Shown: positions 1 through 9,771 of the stretch, piece by piece
Layout of the letters: every line of letters begins with the position of its first letter
Position numbering within the stretch: the first letter of the stretch is position 1
NCBI GenBank assembly: GCA_021785355.1
Contig: JAJYFR010000004.1
Coordinates: 7,184 to 71,183 of the forward strand
DNA from: a bacterium
GTDB lineage: Bacteria > Patescibacteriota > Dojkabacteria > JAKAPS01 > JAJZLI01
Length of the DNA stretch: 64,000 nucleotides
Direction: 5' to 3'
Made by a program: the position numbers and the translations under genes
Notes under the pieces: generated by a model
The model's input: only the letters and a program-made list of their open reading frames with translations
Databases searched by the model: none
What the model was told of the DNA's origin: nothing

Positions 1-3000
1 ACAGCAGCTACAACACTAGATCCTACAGATAAAGCTATAGAAGAGATAGCCATCCCTCCAAAAATACTTGTCATGGCACTATTTAAAAAAGCCATTCCAC
101 CTTTTTCACCTAATAAAGCTTCCCAAAAACTTGGAGAAGTTATACTTGTATCTAACTGTAATATAAAGAAAGGTTCCATCACTTTACTCCCTAAAAACTC
201 ACCTGCTTTTCCAAATGTATCTGCTATAAAAGATTTTTCTGAGACTCTTTTAAATATAGCCCAGCCTATTCCTCCTGTTGCACCTATAGCTATTCCTGCT
301 ACAGGCCCTAAAAAATATCCAGAAACTACAGCAAGCAGAATTGCAGGATTCATACTTTCTCCTAAAAATTTAGTTGCAGTACCTACACCTACTTTTCCTA
401 ATGCTGTATCTATTATTAAAAATTTAGGATCTATATTTTCTAAATAAGATAATCCCCATTTAAAACTAGTATACCCTAATGTCACTGCTGCAAAAGCAGG
501 TAAAGTTGTTGCTCCAAAAGCTACAGAAAGTAAAGTTCCTCCAAACAAACCACTATTAAAAGCTTTCATTAAATCTTCTGTGCTTAGTTTTGTAATAAGG
601 GAAGTAGATCTCATACTAGCAGCTACTTTTCCTACAGAACCAAGACCTGATTCTTGAATTGTTCTAAAAGCTTCTTTTCCTAACTCTAATTTAGGAATAC
701 TACTAGATATAATATTAGGATCCTTCAAAAGATCTAAACTGTCTACAAATCTTGTTCCAGGGGTTAGGGTTATTCCTTCAAATATTTTGTCAGGAGAAAT
801 ATCTGTTAAGCTTAAATTCTTTATATAATCAGAATTTTTAGCCATATCTACAATCTCTTGATCTGAGAAACCTATTTTTTTAGCAGCTTCTACAAAATCA
901 GAATACTTCATTTCTTCTATATTAATTCCTCTACCTTTAAAAAAGTCTTTAACGGAAGTATCTGTTACTACAGAGAAACGATTTGATATTATTTCTTTTG
1001 ATATTATTTTTTTTGCTGCCCCTTCATCTATAAATCTAATTGCTCTTGGATCTTTTATGATATCTGCAGTTCTCCTCATTGCATCTATTTGAGTATTTAC
1101 TGTCTTAATTCTTAATCTACTATTATCTAGGTTAATTTTAGATTTTTCTATTTTTTTTAGATCTTCTTCTTGTAAACCTGAGGTTTTGATTATGTGCTCT
1201 CTTGCCACCTTATCAATAAAACCTGAAGCATCTCCATGTATAGCTTTATCCCAAAGAGCACCCACATTAGTATCTTTACTTAAAGTATCTACTAATCCAC
1301 TATCTAAACTTCTTCCTGAAATATCTTTTAAGTTTTTTAGATTCTCTTCCAAATTTTTACTTATATCTACTTCATTTACATTTGCAAAAATAGTCCTTGG
1401 GGCAAGGGGGTCATATCTATATAAAAGATCCTGTCTTGAATAAAAATCTGCTCTTCTATATTCATCAAACATTTTTTGAACATGAGCTATATCAGGTTTT
1501 ATTTTATCTCCTTCTAAATACTTAACAAGATCCATTCTATCTATCTCCTCAGCGGGTATCCCAAGTTTTACTAACTCTTCTTTTAAACTAACTTTTCCTA
1601 AATTTTTCCACTCATTAAAAGGAACATTTTTTAATCTTAAATCTTTTATATCTTTTAAAGGTTCTAATTTAGGATCTTCTTTTACTATAAAACTAGAAGC
1701 TCTTTTTTCATAAATATTTATAGCTAATGACATTCCTCCTGTAACTACTCCCACTAATAACCCTAATGGTCCACCGACTAGTCCTACCCCTATTAAAGCT
1801 CCTCCTCCTGCAAAACCTAATCCAGTATGTAGAGCATCATACAAAGATATATCTGAAATACTATGCAAAACAGAATCTTCAAATAAAGATGCTTTTATAA
1901 AATCTGCTACTGAACCTGTTATTAAACCTGCACCAAAGACAACTAATCCTATAAAAGGATTTGAGATGAAAAATAAGGAAACTATTCCCGATACTCCTCC
2001 AAATTGAAAAAGATACTCTGATTTAAATAAAGAAATTCTAAATTCACTTGCACCTATTGCAGATAATTCTTCATAACTACCCGCAAGTCTTCCTACTACT
2101 AAATAGTCTATAGCTTTTATAGCAGATGTTCCTATAAAAATACCTGCAAATATTAAAGGGGCATTAGCTATTCCCAAGAAAGCAGCAATACCTGCACCTA
2201 AAATACCTGTTGAAAATCCAAAAGTTGTAGATTTAAAAACAACTTCAGTAGTACTCAAAGACCTCTCAATCATTGAAGAGTTTATTCTTTCTATAAGATT
2301 AGCAGTTAATGGATTTTGCTCTGAAAAAAAAGAGGTGAAATCTACTAAAAATTTTGATGTAAAATATGCACCTCCTACAACAGCACCTAGTAAAGGATTA
2401 GAAAGTATAATGCCTGTTATTAAACCTGGAATAAGAGCCTCTACTCCATCCTTTAAAATAAGCTTCCCTACTCCCAAGGCAAATTTAAAACTATCTATGG
2501 ATATAAATACTTTTTCTGTAAGACCTCCACTTACATTTCTTAGTATAGAATATGCAAATTCTCCATCTCCCACATTTTTTGCAACATATAAAAGAGCTTT
2601 ATCTACAAAATATCTCCCCACAAATACAACAGCAGCAGGGAGTGCTTCTATAAAATCTATGAATTTTAAAAGATTCCTCTTTTTAACCTTCTTATCTCTA
2701 CGTGTTACTAAATTTGGATTTTTTTTATCCTTTCCTTTTTGTAATCCTATTTGAAATGGTTTAAAGTTTATTTTTAAAACTCTTTTATTTGTAGTTGTAA
2801 AAACTTCTCCAAACTTATCCTCCCATTGTTTAAAATCTAATGCTCCTAAAGTTGAAAATGAGAATTTTTTAGATTTTTCAGGATATAATAACCTATTAGT
2901 ATGTCTAAGTCCTGTTGCTGTAGGAGAATATTTATCTCTAGTTAAACCTTGGTTTTTAGGAGATGCAAGAGTATTTATTGTTCCTAAATAATCTCTAGTG

Positions 3001-3803
3001 TTCTGATCTATAATACTCCTTAGGGCAGGATTTTTTGTCCTTGCAATCCCTGCTGACCACAGATTTCTATCCCTAGTAGCTACAAAATATTTTTCCCATT
3101 CAGAAATAGCTTTCCAACTAGAAGGCATTGAGAATATACTGGACTTTCTTTTATACCTGCCTTTTTTATTAGATAATATAAAATTAAAAAGCTCTTGTCT
3201 TTTAAATTTACCATCATCCATTGGAGGAGGCATATATGCCTCTCCTTTAGCATCTTCTAATATAGCTATTCTATTATCAACTATGACTGGACGTAATTTT
3301 TCGTCTAGCTGATACATGTAACCATGGGTATATAGAGATTCTAATTGACTCCTTATAGCATTTGCATAAATAGGTTTTCTTAATTCTTTTTTTAAACCAT
3401 CTATTCCAAATATATATTTAGGAGCACCTTTTCCTTTAAAAGCTTGAGGGTAGAAATGTTTAGATATAGCAGGAGCGAGAGCCTTTGCTAAAAGATCAGC
3501 TTCTCTTTCTTTAAAATTGGACTTATATGGCTTATAACTAGCTTTTTTAAATTCTTCTTTTAAATTTTGAGATACGGTTAGTTTTATATATGTTTTTACA
3601 TAAGATTCTTTTACTAACCTTGATAAAACATTGTCCTTGTCAGGAGATAAGCCATCAGGAAGATCTCCTCCTGTATAACCTGAATAGGGGGAAGTAAGTT
3701 TATCTAAACTTAAACCTTTAGACCTTAAATCCCTTTCTAGGTCACTTAATTCGTAATACTCATTTGTATATACACTTATTATTTTCTTTTTTAATTCATC
3801 CAT
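1..3803 (-). CDS. Giant multi-pass membrane protein (>1260 aa); start at ATG 3803..3801, C-terminus beyond the window start
   Basis: Manual minus-strand translation from ATG 3803 (MDELKKKIISVYTNEYYELSDLERDLRSKG...) appears to run open to position 1. Only short low-complexity antisense ORFs are listed on the plus strand (73..447, 1186..1443, 2335..2754). The central region has several glycine-rich TM helices (GLITGIILSNPLLGAVVGGAYF, GILGAGIAAFLGIANAPLIFAGIFIG, GLGFAGGGALIGVGLVGGPLGLLVGVVTGG). No ATPase or other catalytic motifs recognised. Confidence 0.5.
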   Translation of the reverse strand, partial: MDELKKKIISVYTNEYYELSDLERDLRSKGLSLDKLTSPYSGYTGGDLPDGLSPDKDNVLSRLVKESYVKTYIKLTVSQNLKEEFKKASYKPYKSNFKEREADLLAKALAPAISKHFYPQAFKGKGAPKYIFGIDGLKKELRKPIYANAIRSQLESLYTHGYMYQLDEKLRPVIVDNRIAILEDAKGEAYMPPPMDDGKFKRQELFNFILSNKKGRYKRKSSIFSMPSSWKAISEWEKYFVATRDRNLWSAGIARTKNPALRSIIDQNTRDYLGTINTLASPKNQGLTRDKYSPTATGLRHTNRLLYPEKSKKFSFSTLGALDFKQWEDKFGEVFTTTNKRVLKINFKPFQIGLQKGKDKKNPNLVTRRDKKVKKRNLLKFIDFIEALPAAVVFVGRYFVDKALLYVAKNVGDGEFAYSILRNVSGGLTEKVFISIDSFKFALGVGKLILKDGVEALIPGLITGIILSNPLLGAVVGGAYFTSKFLVDFTSFFSEQNPLTANLIERINSSMIERSLSTTEVVFKSTTFGFSTGILGAGIAAFLGIANAPLIFAGIFIGTSAIKAIDYLVVGRLAGSYEELSAIGASEFRISLFKSEYLFQFGGVSGIVSLFFISNPFIGLVVFGAGLITGSVADFIKASLFEDSVLHSISDISLYDALHTGLGFAGGGALIGVGLVGGPLGLLVGVVTGGMSLAINIYEKRASSFIVKEDPKLEPLKDIKDLRLKNVPFNEWKNLGKVSLKEELVKLGIPAEEIDRMDLVKYLEGDKIKPDIAHVQKMFDEYRRADFYSRQDLLYRYDPLAPRTIFANVNEVDISKNLEENLKNLKDISGRSLDSGLVDTLSKDTNVGALWDKAIHGDASGFIDKVAREHIIKTSGLQEEDLKKIEKSKINLDNSRLRIKTVNTQIDAMRRTADIIKDPRAIRFIDEGAAKKIISKEIISNRFSVVTDTSVKDFFKGRGINIEEMKYSDFVEAAKKIGFSDQEIVDMAKNSDYIKNLSLTDISPDKIFEGITLTPGTRFVDSLDLLKDPNIISSSIPKLELGKEAFRTIQESGLGSVGKVAASMRSTSLITKLSTEDLMKAFNSGLFGGTLLSVAFGATTLPAFAAVTLGYTSFKWGLSYLENIDPKFLIIDTALGKVGVGTATKFLGESMNPAILLAVVSGYFLGPVAGIAIGATGGIGWAIFKRVSEKSFIADTFGKAGEFLGSKVMEPFFILQLDTSITSPSFWEALLGEKGGMAFLNSAMTSIFGGMAISSIALSVGSSVVAA

Positions 3804-4503
3804 TTATATAATTGTATACATTTTCATAAATAGTTTGATTAGAATAGAATAAAGATAGATCCTCCTCTCTAAACAAACCTTTTTCTATCACATTAAACAT
3901 TTTAAAAACATTACTTTCTTCTTGTAAATTATAAAAAAAACTAGAAGCTCCTTCAAAGTTAAAAAAATCCCTTATCTTATTAAGAATAACTATATCTTTT
4001 ATATATTTAAATCCTGAAAGACCTTTATATCTATCCAGGTACAAGAAATTCTCATCTTTTGTAATATTAGGAATATATGATATATCTAAAAAATTATCTT
4101 TAGACAAATTTGCATCTGTTTCTATAGAAATAGGAATATTTTGTGTATTATATATATTTTTACTTAGAATAAGCTTCTCTCCTTCTTCAGAAAGAAATAG
4201 GTCTAAAAAATCTTTATCAAAAAATTCATAGAGAAAAGAATAGTTATAACTTTCTTTATTTTCTCTTAACACAATATCTTCTATTGCACCGTATAGATAA
4301 TCATATAAAGGTTCATTTATATCATCAAAAGATAAAATGAAGTCTTCTTTTTTTAAAGAAAATAGAGAATTAAAAGAATCTATATCGCCAAAAGCTTTTA
4401 TAAACTCTGAAAAAAGATAAAAGTTATATCCAAAATTTTTGTTATAGAAATCTCTTAATATCATCTCTAGGATCCTAATGATTTTCTTGCATTTCCAGTC
4501 CAT
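3796..4503 (-). CDS. Hypothetical protein (235 aa), operonic between the VirB6-like gene and the giant membrane protein gene
   Basis: Complete ORF. Its stop overlaps the start of the downstream giant ORF by 8 nt and its start overlaps the upstream gene by 37 nt. Acidic, Phe/Tyr-rich, no recognisable motif. Confidence 0.45.
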   Translation of the reverse strand: MDWKCKKIIRILEMILRDFYNKNFGYNFYLFSEFIKAFGDIDSFNSLFSLKKEDFILSFDDINEPLYDYLYGAIEDIVLRENKESYNYSFLYEFFDKDFLDLFLSEEGEKLILSKNIYNTQNIPISIETDANLSKDNFLDISYIPNITKDENFLYLDRYKGLSGFKYIKDIVILNKIRDFFNFEGASSFFYNLQEESNVFKMFNVIEKGLFREEDLSLFYSNQTIYENVYNYING

Positions 4504-6020
4504 TTTCTTAAACTCGAATATGGCTGAGCAAAACCTCTCTTTAGTTCTGTTGCATAAGAAGAGAAATCATAACCCAATGCCTTAGTAGCATCTGCAATTA
4601 TCTTTGGTATCATTACAAAAAGTGCTATTGATATCAAAAGTCCTATTGTGTTTCCTTGTTGGGAACTAAAAATTGAGCCTAAACCTAATAAAGGAAGTGT
4701 ATTTCCATTAGAAAGCCCCGTAATTGAATTTTGAAGATAATATATAAGGTTAAACATTGTATATGTCACGACATAAATAAGTATAGCTTTTGACATACCT
4801 TTAAAAAAACTCCAAGTAGCTTTACTTTGTCCAGGAACAGAACCTAGAAGAAACATGAAAGGTGCAGCTATTGGTAGAAAAAGAAAAATAAGATATCCTT
4901 TTAAAAGTTGTATTATTATTTTAAACACAGTAAATAAAAGTATAACTGCAACTATAAAAACTATAATGCTGTCAGCTGCACCACCATTATGAATAATTCC
5001 TCCTATAGCTGAAAAAATATAGTGTACCCCCCCTGTTCCATCTGGCAAATTATTTATAACAGAACCTGTCCCTTGTAAAGCAGTCTTCATGTTATTTCCT
5101 GTAACTGCCCCATAAACACTAAAAATATAACTTCTAGAGGAAAATGCAGTTGGAAAATTAAAACTACCCGTGTTAAGAGATGTAAATATAGAATAGATTA
5201 ACCCTAGTAATATATTCATCAAATCTATCATAAAACCTCCTATAGCATAACTAAAAGTTATAAGAACAATAGCGGCCATTATATTAGGGAGTGCACTCAT
5301 AAATGTTATAGGAACCTGTCCTCCTACTTTCCCTCCTACAATTATCATTATTCCTGTAAAAAGAATTATAAGTATTAGAAGTAAATAAGATATGTTTCTA
5401 GATACTGTCCAAATATTATAAACAGGTGATAGAAAAGAAAACCCATAAACTGGACCTGACAGTTGAGATGCTGCATAAGTAGAACTTGTTAAACCTGATC
5501 TTTTATATAAATAAGCAAAATACCCAACTCCACTTTCAGGTTGAGTTGTATACATTGAACTTACTAAAGAATTCGCTTCACCAAAGGCCCCATAACCTCC
5601 TGTATAGTTGTATCCTGTAGTACTAGAACTACTAGCTTGTGTATAGTTTCCTAAGATAGCTATAGCACCCGATTGAAATAGTGAAGGAGTAAATCCACAT
5701 GACTCCCAAACTGAAAGTCCTGATCCATTAACAGGTGCACATTGATTTAGGGTCGTTTGCTGAGAACTAGTAGTTGTTTGCGCAAACATTTGTCCTGCAA
5801 AAAGAACTCCTAAGATTACTAAAAAAATAGGAATACTTTTAATATTAATAGAACTTTTTTGTCTTAGATTAGAATGTGTGCTATTTTCTAATATTTCTAC
5901 AGCTTCTGTTTTATATAAAGAAAGTTTTTTAGATATTATTTTTGATTTTAGTAAAAATATAGAAAATTTAAGCTTTTTCTCTTTTAAAATATTCTTATAG
6001 TATTTGTTTATTTTATTCAT
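4467..6020 (-). CDS. VirB6/TrbL-like polytopic membrane protein with N-terminal signal/anchor
   Basis: 517 aa with an N-terminal hydrophobic segment ending ...FAGQMFAQ. A Cys-containing Ser/Thr-rich ectodomain (CAPVNGSG...CGFTPSLFQSGAIAILGNYTQ) is followed by at least six TM helices. It shares the motif FTPxL...AIAxxxYTQ and overall architecture with ORF 54938..55876, which sits beside VirB4-like ATPases. Confidence 0.4.
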   Translation of the reverse strand: MNKINKYYKNILKEKKLKFSIFLLKSKIISKKLSLYKTEAVEILENSTHSNLRQKSSINIKSIPIFLVILGVLFAGQMFAQTTTSSQQTTLNQCAPVNGSGLSVWESCGFTPSLFQSGAIAILGNYTQASSSSTTGYNYTGGYGAFGEANSLVSSMYTTQPESGVGYFAYLYKRSGLTSSTYAASQLSGPVYGFSFLSPVYNIWTVSRNISYLLLILIILFTGIMIIVGGKVGGQVPITFMSALPNIMAAIVLITFSYAIGGFMIDLMNILLGLIYSIFTSLNTGSFNFPTAFSSRSYIFSVYGAVTGNNMKTALQGTGSVINNLPDGTGGVHYIFSAIGGIIHNGGAADSIIVFIVAVILLFTVFKIIIQLLKGYLIFLFLPIAAPFMFLLGSVPGQSKATWSFFKGMSKAILIYVVTYTMFNLIYYLQNSITGLSNGNTLPLLGLGSIFSSQQGNTIGLLISIALFVMIPKIIADATKALGYDFSSYATELKRGFAQPYSSLRKWTGNARKSLGS

Positions 6021-6071
6021 AAAAACTTGTCTTTGGGTTTAATATATTATTATAAACTAATTTTAAAATTT

Positions 6072-6731
6072 TTAAAGTAGATCTTTTCTGTTTTTATTAG
6101 TTTTTTTTAAACTTTCTTTGTATCTGTATTCTTCTATCTTTTTATGGTTACCTGATAAGAGAATTTTAGGTACTTTTTTCTCTAAAAAAACTTCAGGTCT
6201 TGTATATTGAGGGTATTCTAATAAATCATTTTCAAAAGATTCGCTCTCTAAAGAATCTTTATTTCCTAAGACTCCAGGAAGAAGTCTAGTTATTGAATCT
6301 ATTAAGCATAAAGTAGGAAAATCACCAGAAGATAGTACAAAATCACCTAAAGATATTTCTTCGTCTACGAAATTTAAGAATCTTTCATCAAAACCTTCAT
6401 ATTTACCTGAAAATATAGTTATATTTTTTTTTAAAGAGAGTTCTTTTGCTTTTTTTTGAGAATATTTTTTTCCTGAAGCACTAAGCATTATAGAATAAGT
6501 ATCTTCTTTTATTGAGCTTAAAGCTTTAAATAGTACATCTACTCTCAATACCATTCCAGCTCCACCTCCATATGGAGGTGAATCTAAAGAACCTCTTTTA
6601 TCAAAAGAAAAATCCCTTAGATTAAGATTATCTATCTGGATGATATTGTTTTTTATAGCATTTCCAATAATTCCAAACCCTTCTGCATTTAGAAGTAGCT
6701 CTGGATATAAAGAAAATGTGTTAAATTTCAT
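6072..6731 (-). CDS. trmD: tRNA (guanine37-N1)-methyltransferase
   Basis: TrmD hallmark motifs DSPPYGGGAGMVLRVD (SAM-binding knot) and C-terminal LLSGNHKKIEEYR; length 219 aa. Confidence 0.9.
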   Translation of the reverse strand: MKFNTFSLYPELLLNAEGFGIIGNAIKNNIIQIDNLNLRDFSFDKRGSLDSPPYGGGAGMVLRVDVLFKALSSIKEDTYSIMLSASGKKYSQKKAKELSLKKNITIFSGKYEGFDERFLNFVDEEISLGDFVLSSGDFPTLCLIDSITRLLPGVLGNKDSLESESFENDLLEYPQYTRPEVFLEKKVPKILLSGNHKKIEEYRYKESLKKTNKNRKDLL

Positions 6732-7055
6732 TTATATCAAACTTTCTATTTGTTTTACAAATTCCTCTTTTGGTCTAACACCTATAAGTCTTGACACTTC
6801 TTTTCCTTCTTTAAAAAACACAATATTAGGAATGCTCATAATGTTATATTGAGAAGCAATATCTGTACTAGCATCTACATCTAACTTACATACTTTAACT
6901 TTATCTTTAAACTCTTCTGATAATTCTTCTATTATAGGAGAAATCATATGACAAGGCATACACCAATCTGCCCAAAAATCCACTATAACTAACTTTTCTT
7001 TTTCATCTAAAACTTCACTTTTAAATGTTTGAGAATCTAATACTGTATGAGCCAT
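6732..7055 (-). CDS. trxA: Thioredoxin
   Basis: 107 aa with active-site variant WADWCMPCHMI (the CxxC of WCGPC) and a thioredoxin fold-like layout (VIVDFWADWC...FFKEGKEV). Confidence 0.85.
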   Translation of the reverse strand: MAHTVLDSQTFKSEVLDEKEKLVIVDFWADWCMPCHMISPIIEELSEEFKDKVKVCKLDVDASTDIASQYNIMSIPNIVFFKEGKEVSRLIGVRPKEEFVKQIESLI

Positions 7056-7092
7056 AATTTTAAAAAATAAAATAATTATAATTTATTATAGC

Positions 7093-7130
7093 ATAAAAAA
7101 AGGTGGGTTTTTATGTCCACCTTCTTTTAT
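7093..7130 (-). terminator. Rho-independent terminator downstream of the pilin gene 7147..7713 (minus-strand sense)
   Basis: Perfect 7-bp inverted repeat AAGGTGG(7100-7106)/CCACCTT(7117-7123) with a 10-nt loop. On the minus strand the stem is followed by TTTTTTTATG (complement of 7092-7100). The plus strand has CTTTTAT after the stem. Confidence 0.65.
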
Positions 7131-7146
7131 TTAAACTTAACTAATA

Positions 7147-7713
7147 TTAGTTATACTCATAAGCTATTGGGTATCCTGTTGTATTAGTTGTTGCACCTTT
7201 TTGCATACCTGTTGCAAATACTAGAACTTTTGTTCCACTAGCATTTTCTGCTACGTAATAATTAACATTTCCTCCAACTCCTGGATTTGATGTTAAATAA
7301 TTTTTCATAGTAGGTACTGCTGTTTCGAATGCAGCTAAAGTTTCACAAGAATCTGCTCCTGATACTACTACAGTTGCAACTTGTGTAGGAAGTGTTCCTG
7401 TTGTTGTTGTTGCACAACTTGGGGTTCCTGTTGTATTGCCTTGTATATCATATCCATAAGCTGTTCCTGATGTAACAATTGCAGGTGATGTTAATTGAGG
7501 TAATGTAGGTAAAGCCCCTTTATTATCAACTGTGTATTGCTGTATAGATTTAAATATTTGTTGTATATTACTTGTCATTGTTGTATTGTTTGAGTCAGCA
7601 ATTCTTCCTACTGGATTTAATGCTACAAATACTACCAATGCTAAAATAGCAATAATAACGATTACAATCAAAATTTCTATTAAGGTAAAACCTTTATTAT
7701 TAAATTTTTTCAT
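7147..7713 (-). CDS. Type IV pilin (major pilin candidate)
   Basis: N-terminus MKKFNNKGFTLIEILIVIVIIAILALVVFVAL is a class III signal peptide (G|FTLIE with Glu+5) plus a hydrophobic alpha1 helix. Strong SD AAGGAGGTGA lies 10 nt upstream and a strong terminator downstream. 188 aa, Thr/Gly-rich C-terminal domain. Confidence 0.8.
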   Translation of the reverse strand: MKKFNNKGFTLIEILIVIVIIAILALVVFVALNPVGRIADSNNTTMTSNIQQIFKSIQQYTVDNKGALPTLPQLTSPAIVTSGTAYGYDIQGNTTGTPSCATTTTGTLPTQVATVVVSGADSCETLAAFETAVPTMKNYLTSNPGVGGNVNYYVAENASGTKVLVFATGMQKGATTNTTGYPIAYEYN

Positions 7714-7775
7714 ATTATCTCACCTCCTTTTTGTATACATATAATTTATATTAGTGCACTTTTTTTGTCAATAAA

Positions 7776-8306
7776 TCAAAAGTTATACTCTGAATATGCA
7801 ACAGAAAAACCTTTTTTATCTACACTTTTACCTTTACCTAAATCATTAGAAAAAACAACGACTTTTGTTCCATATATATTTTTAGCTACATAAAAGTCAC
7901 CTTGTGGAAGATTTTTGTTTAGATATTTTTGAATTTCAAAATATATTGGAGTATTCATAGATATATTTAAACACATATTTTCTTTTGCTCCTGCCTGTAT
8001 ACAGTTAGGTATTCCTTGTGTATTATTATTTATATTAAAACCTGATCCTATACCACTTGTTGAAATATTATTTAATATTAAAGGACTTGATATAGCAGGA
8101 ATTGAAGGAGGTAACATTCCGTGATTTTGAAGAGAATAATCTTCTATTGCTGTAAGAAGAGTCTCTACTCCATTTTCTCTTTGAGTATTATATGTATCAG
8201 AAACAGCTTTAACAGGATTAATTTCAAAAAAAACAATTAAAACAAATAGTGCTATTGTTATTAACAATATTAATATATCAGAAATATTAAGCTTTTTTAT
8301 TTTCAT
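7776..8306 (-). CDS. Pilin-like paralog lacking the canonical prepilin cleavage motif
   Basis: N-terminal hydrophobic segment (ILILLITIALFVLIVFF) without G-F-T-L-I-E. Its C-terminus (GTKVVVFSNDLGKGKSVDKKGFSVAYSEYNF) is clearly homologous to the C-terminus of the adjacent pilin (GTKVLVFATGMQKGATTNTTGYPIAYEYN). Confidence 0.5.
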   Translation of the reverse strand: MKIKKLNISDILILLITIALFVLIVFFEINPVKAVSDTYNTQRENGVETLLTAIEDYSLQNHGMLPPSIPAISSPLILNNISTSGIGSGFNINNNTQGIPNCIQAGAKENMCLNISMNTPIYFEIQKYLNKNLPQGDFYVAKNIYGTKVVVFSNDLGKGKSVDKKGFSVAYSEYNF

Positions 8307-8363
8307 AACTATATATTTAATATAGCATAACCTATATTTTTTTCAACTAAGTCTATTGTAAAG

Positions 8364-8372
8364 TTATCCACA
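8364..8372 (+). promoter_or_regulatory. Perfect DnaA box (TTATCCACA) 65 bp upstream of dnaA
   Basis: Exact match to the consensus 9-mer TTATCCACA at 8364-8372 in the dnaA promoter region. Confidence 0.5.
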
Positions 8373-8436
8373 ATCTGATATTCTCTTTATTTACTTACCT
8401 GCCCCTAAATATTTTTATATTTTTTATTAATATATT

Positions 8437-9771
8437 ATGCAAAATAATATCAATGCTATATGGAAGATAGCCTCTTCTCAAATAAAGATAAAAATTACAG
8501 ACAAAAACTTTAAGATATGGTTTGGTAAAGTTAAACTAGACAGTATTGATAAAAATATAGCAACAATATCTTCTCAAAACTCTTTTACATCAGATTATAT
8601 TCAAAAAAATTATTTTAATATAACAAAAAATGCACTAAAAGATGCATATGGAGAAGATTTAGATATTGTTTTTAAAACAAGACAAGAAGATATAAAAATA
8701 GAAGATGAGCCTATCTTTTATAGTAATGAAAGTATAAAAAATGACATTAATTCAAACCTAAATCCTAAATATACATTAGATAGTTTTATTGTAGGTTCAT
8801 CTAATAGATTAGCTCATGCTGCTTCACTTGCTATAGTTGATTCTCCTGGTATTTTATATAATCCTTTTTTTATTTATGGAGGAGTTGGTTTAGGAAAAAC
8901 ACATTTAATGCAAGCTATAGGAAATGAGTTGATAAAAAGAAATCCTGATATTAAAATTTCTTATATGAGTAGTGAAACTCTCTTAAATGATTTTATAAAC
9001 TCAATAGTTAAAGGTAAAAATGAGAATTTTAGAAAAAAATATAGAGAAAATGATATTTTAATAATAGATGATATACAGTTTATTTCTGGCAAAAAAGGTA
9101 TACAAGAAGAATTTTTTCACACATTCAATACTTTACAGCAATCTAATAAGCAAATCATATTAGCTTCAGATAGACATCCTAAAGATATTGAAAATTTAGA
9201 AGAAAGGTTAGTTTCTAGATTTGAAGGAGGAATGGTTGCAGATATATCTAATCCTGATGAAGAAATGAGGATAGCTATTTTAAGAAAAAAATGTGAAGAA
9301 AAAAACTTAGTATTAGAAGAAGATATCATAAATATGATAGCTGAAAATATAAAATCTAATATTAGAGAGTTAGAGGGTGTTCTTACTAAAATAATAGCAA
9401 CAGAAAAAGTTTTAAATAAAAAATTAAATAAAGATGAAATATCTAATTTAATAGGGATAAATATTAAAAGAAGAAGTAAAATTTTAAAACCTAAAGATAT
9501 AATAATTAATGTTTGTGAACAATTTGGAATATCTCAAAGAGAAATAATAGGAGATAGAAGAACTAATAGAATTGCTCTTCCAAGACAGATAGCAATGTAT
9601 ATATTAAGAAAAGACCTAAATTTACCTTTAGTTGAAGTGGCAAATATCCTTAAGAGAAAAGATCATACTACAGTTTTGCATGCTGTGGATAAAATAGAGG
9701 ATTTAATAGATAATGATGTTTATTTAAAAGATAAAATAAGTAGTATACGTAGCTCTTTACAGCGATATTAG
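8437..9771 (+). CDS. dnaA: Chromosomal replication initiator protein DnaA
   Basis: Walker A GGVGLGKTHLMQAIGNE, Walker B ILIIDDIQFISGKKGIQEEFFHTFN, sensor/box VII region ILASDRHPKDI and a C-terminal DNA-binding domain (ALPRQIAMYILRKDLNLPLVEVANIL). 444 aa. Confidence 0.95.
   Translation: MQNNINAIWKIASSQIKIKITDKNFKIWFGKVKLDSIDKNIATISSQNSFTSDYIQKNYFNITKNALKDAYGEDLDIVFKTRQEDIKIEDEPIFYSNESIKNDINSNLNPKYTLDSFIVGSSNRLAHAASLAIVDSPGILYNPFFIYGGVGLGKTHLMQAIGNELIKRNPDIKISYMSSETLLNDFINSIVKGKNENFRKKYRENDILIIDDIQFISGKKGIQEEFFHTFNTLQQSNKQIILASDRHPKDIENLEERLVSRFEGGMVADISNPDEEMRIAILRKKCEEKNLVLEEDIINMIAENIKSNIRELEGVLTKIIATEKVLNKKLNKDEISNLIGINIKRRSKILKPKDIIINVCEQFGISQREIIGDRRTNRIALPRQIAMYILRKDLNLPLVEVANILKRKDHTTVLHAVDKIEDLIDNDVYLKDKISSIRSSLQRY

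Noticed and set aside
73-2754. Plus-strand ORFs 73..447, 1186..1443 and 2335..2754
   Set aside because: Low-complexity Pro/Ala/Ser-rich translations lying antisense to the long minus-strand ORF (1..3803) that encodes Gly-rich TM helices. They are classic mirror-frame artefacts.
9684-9692. Perfect reverse DnaA box TGTGGATAA inside the dnaA coding sequence
   Set aside because: It encodes the conserved A-V-D-K residues of DnaA domain IV, so the match is most simply explained by coding constraint. It is not called as a regulatory site, although autoregulatory use cannot be excluded.
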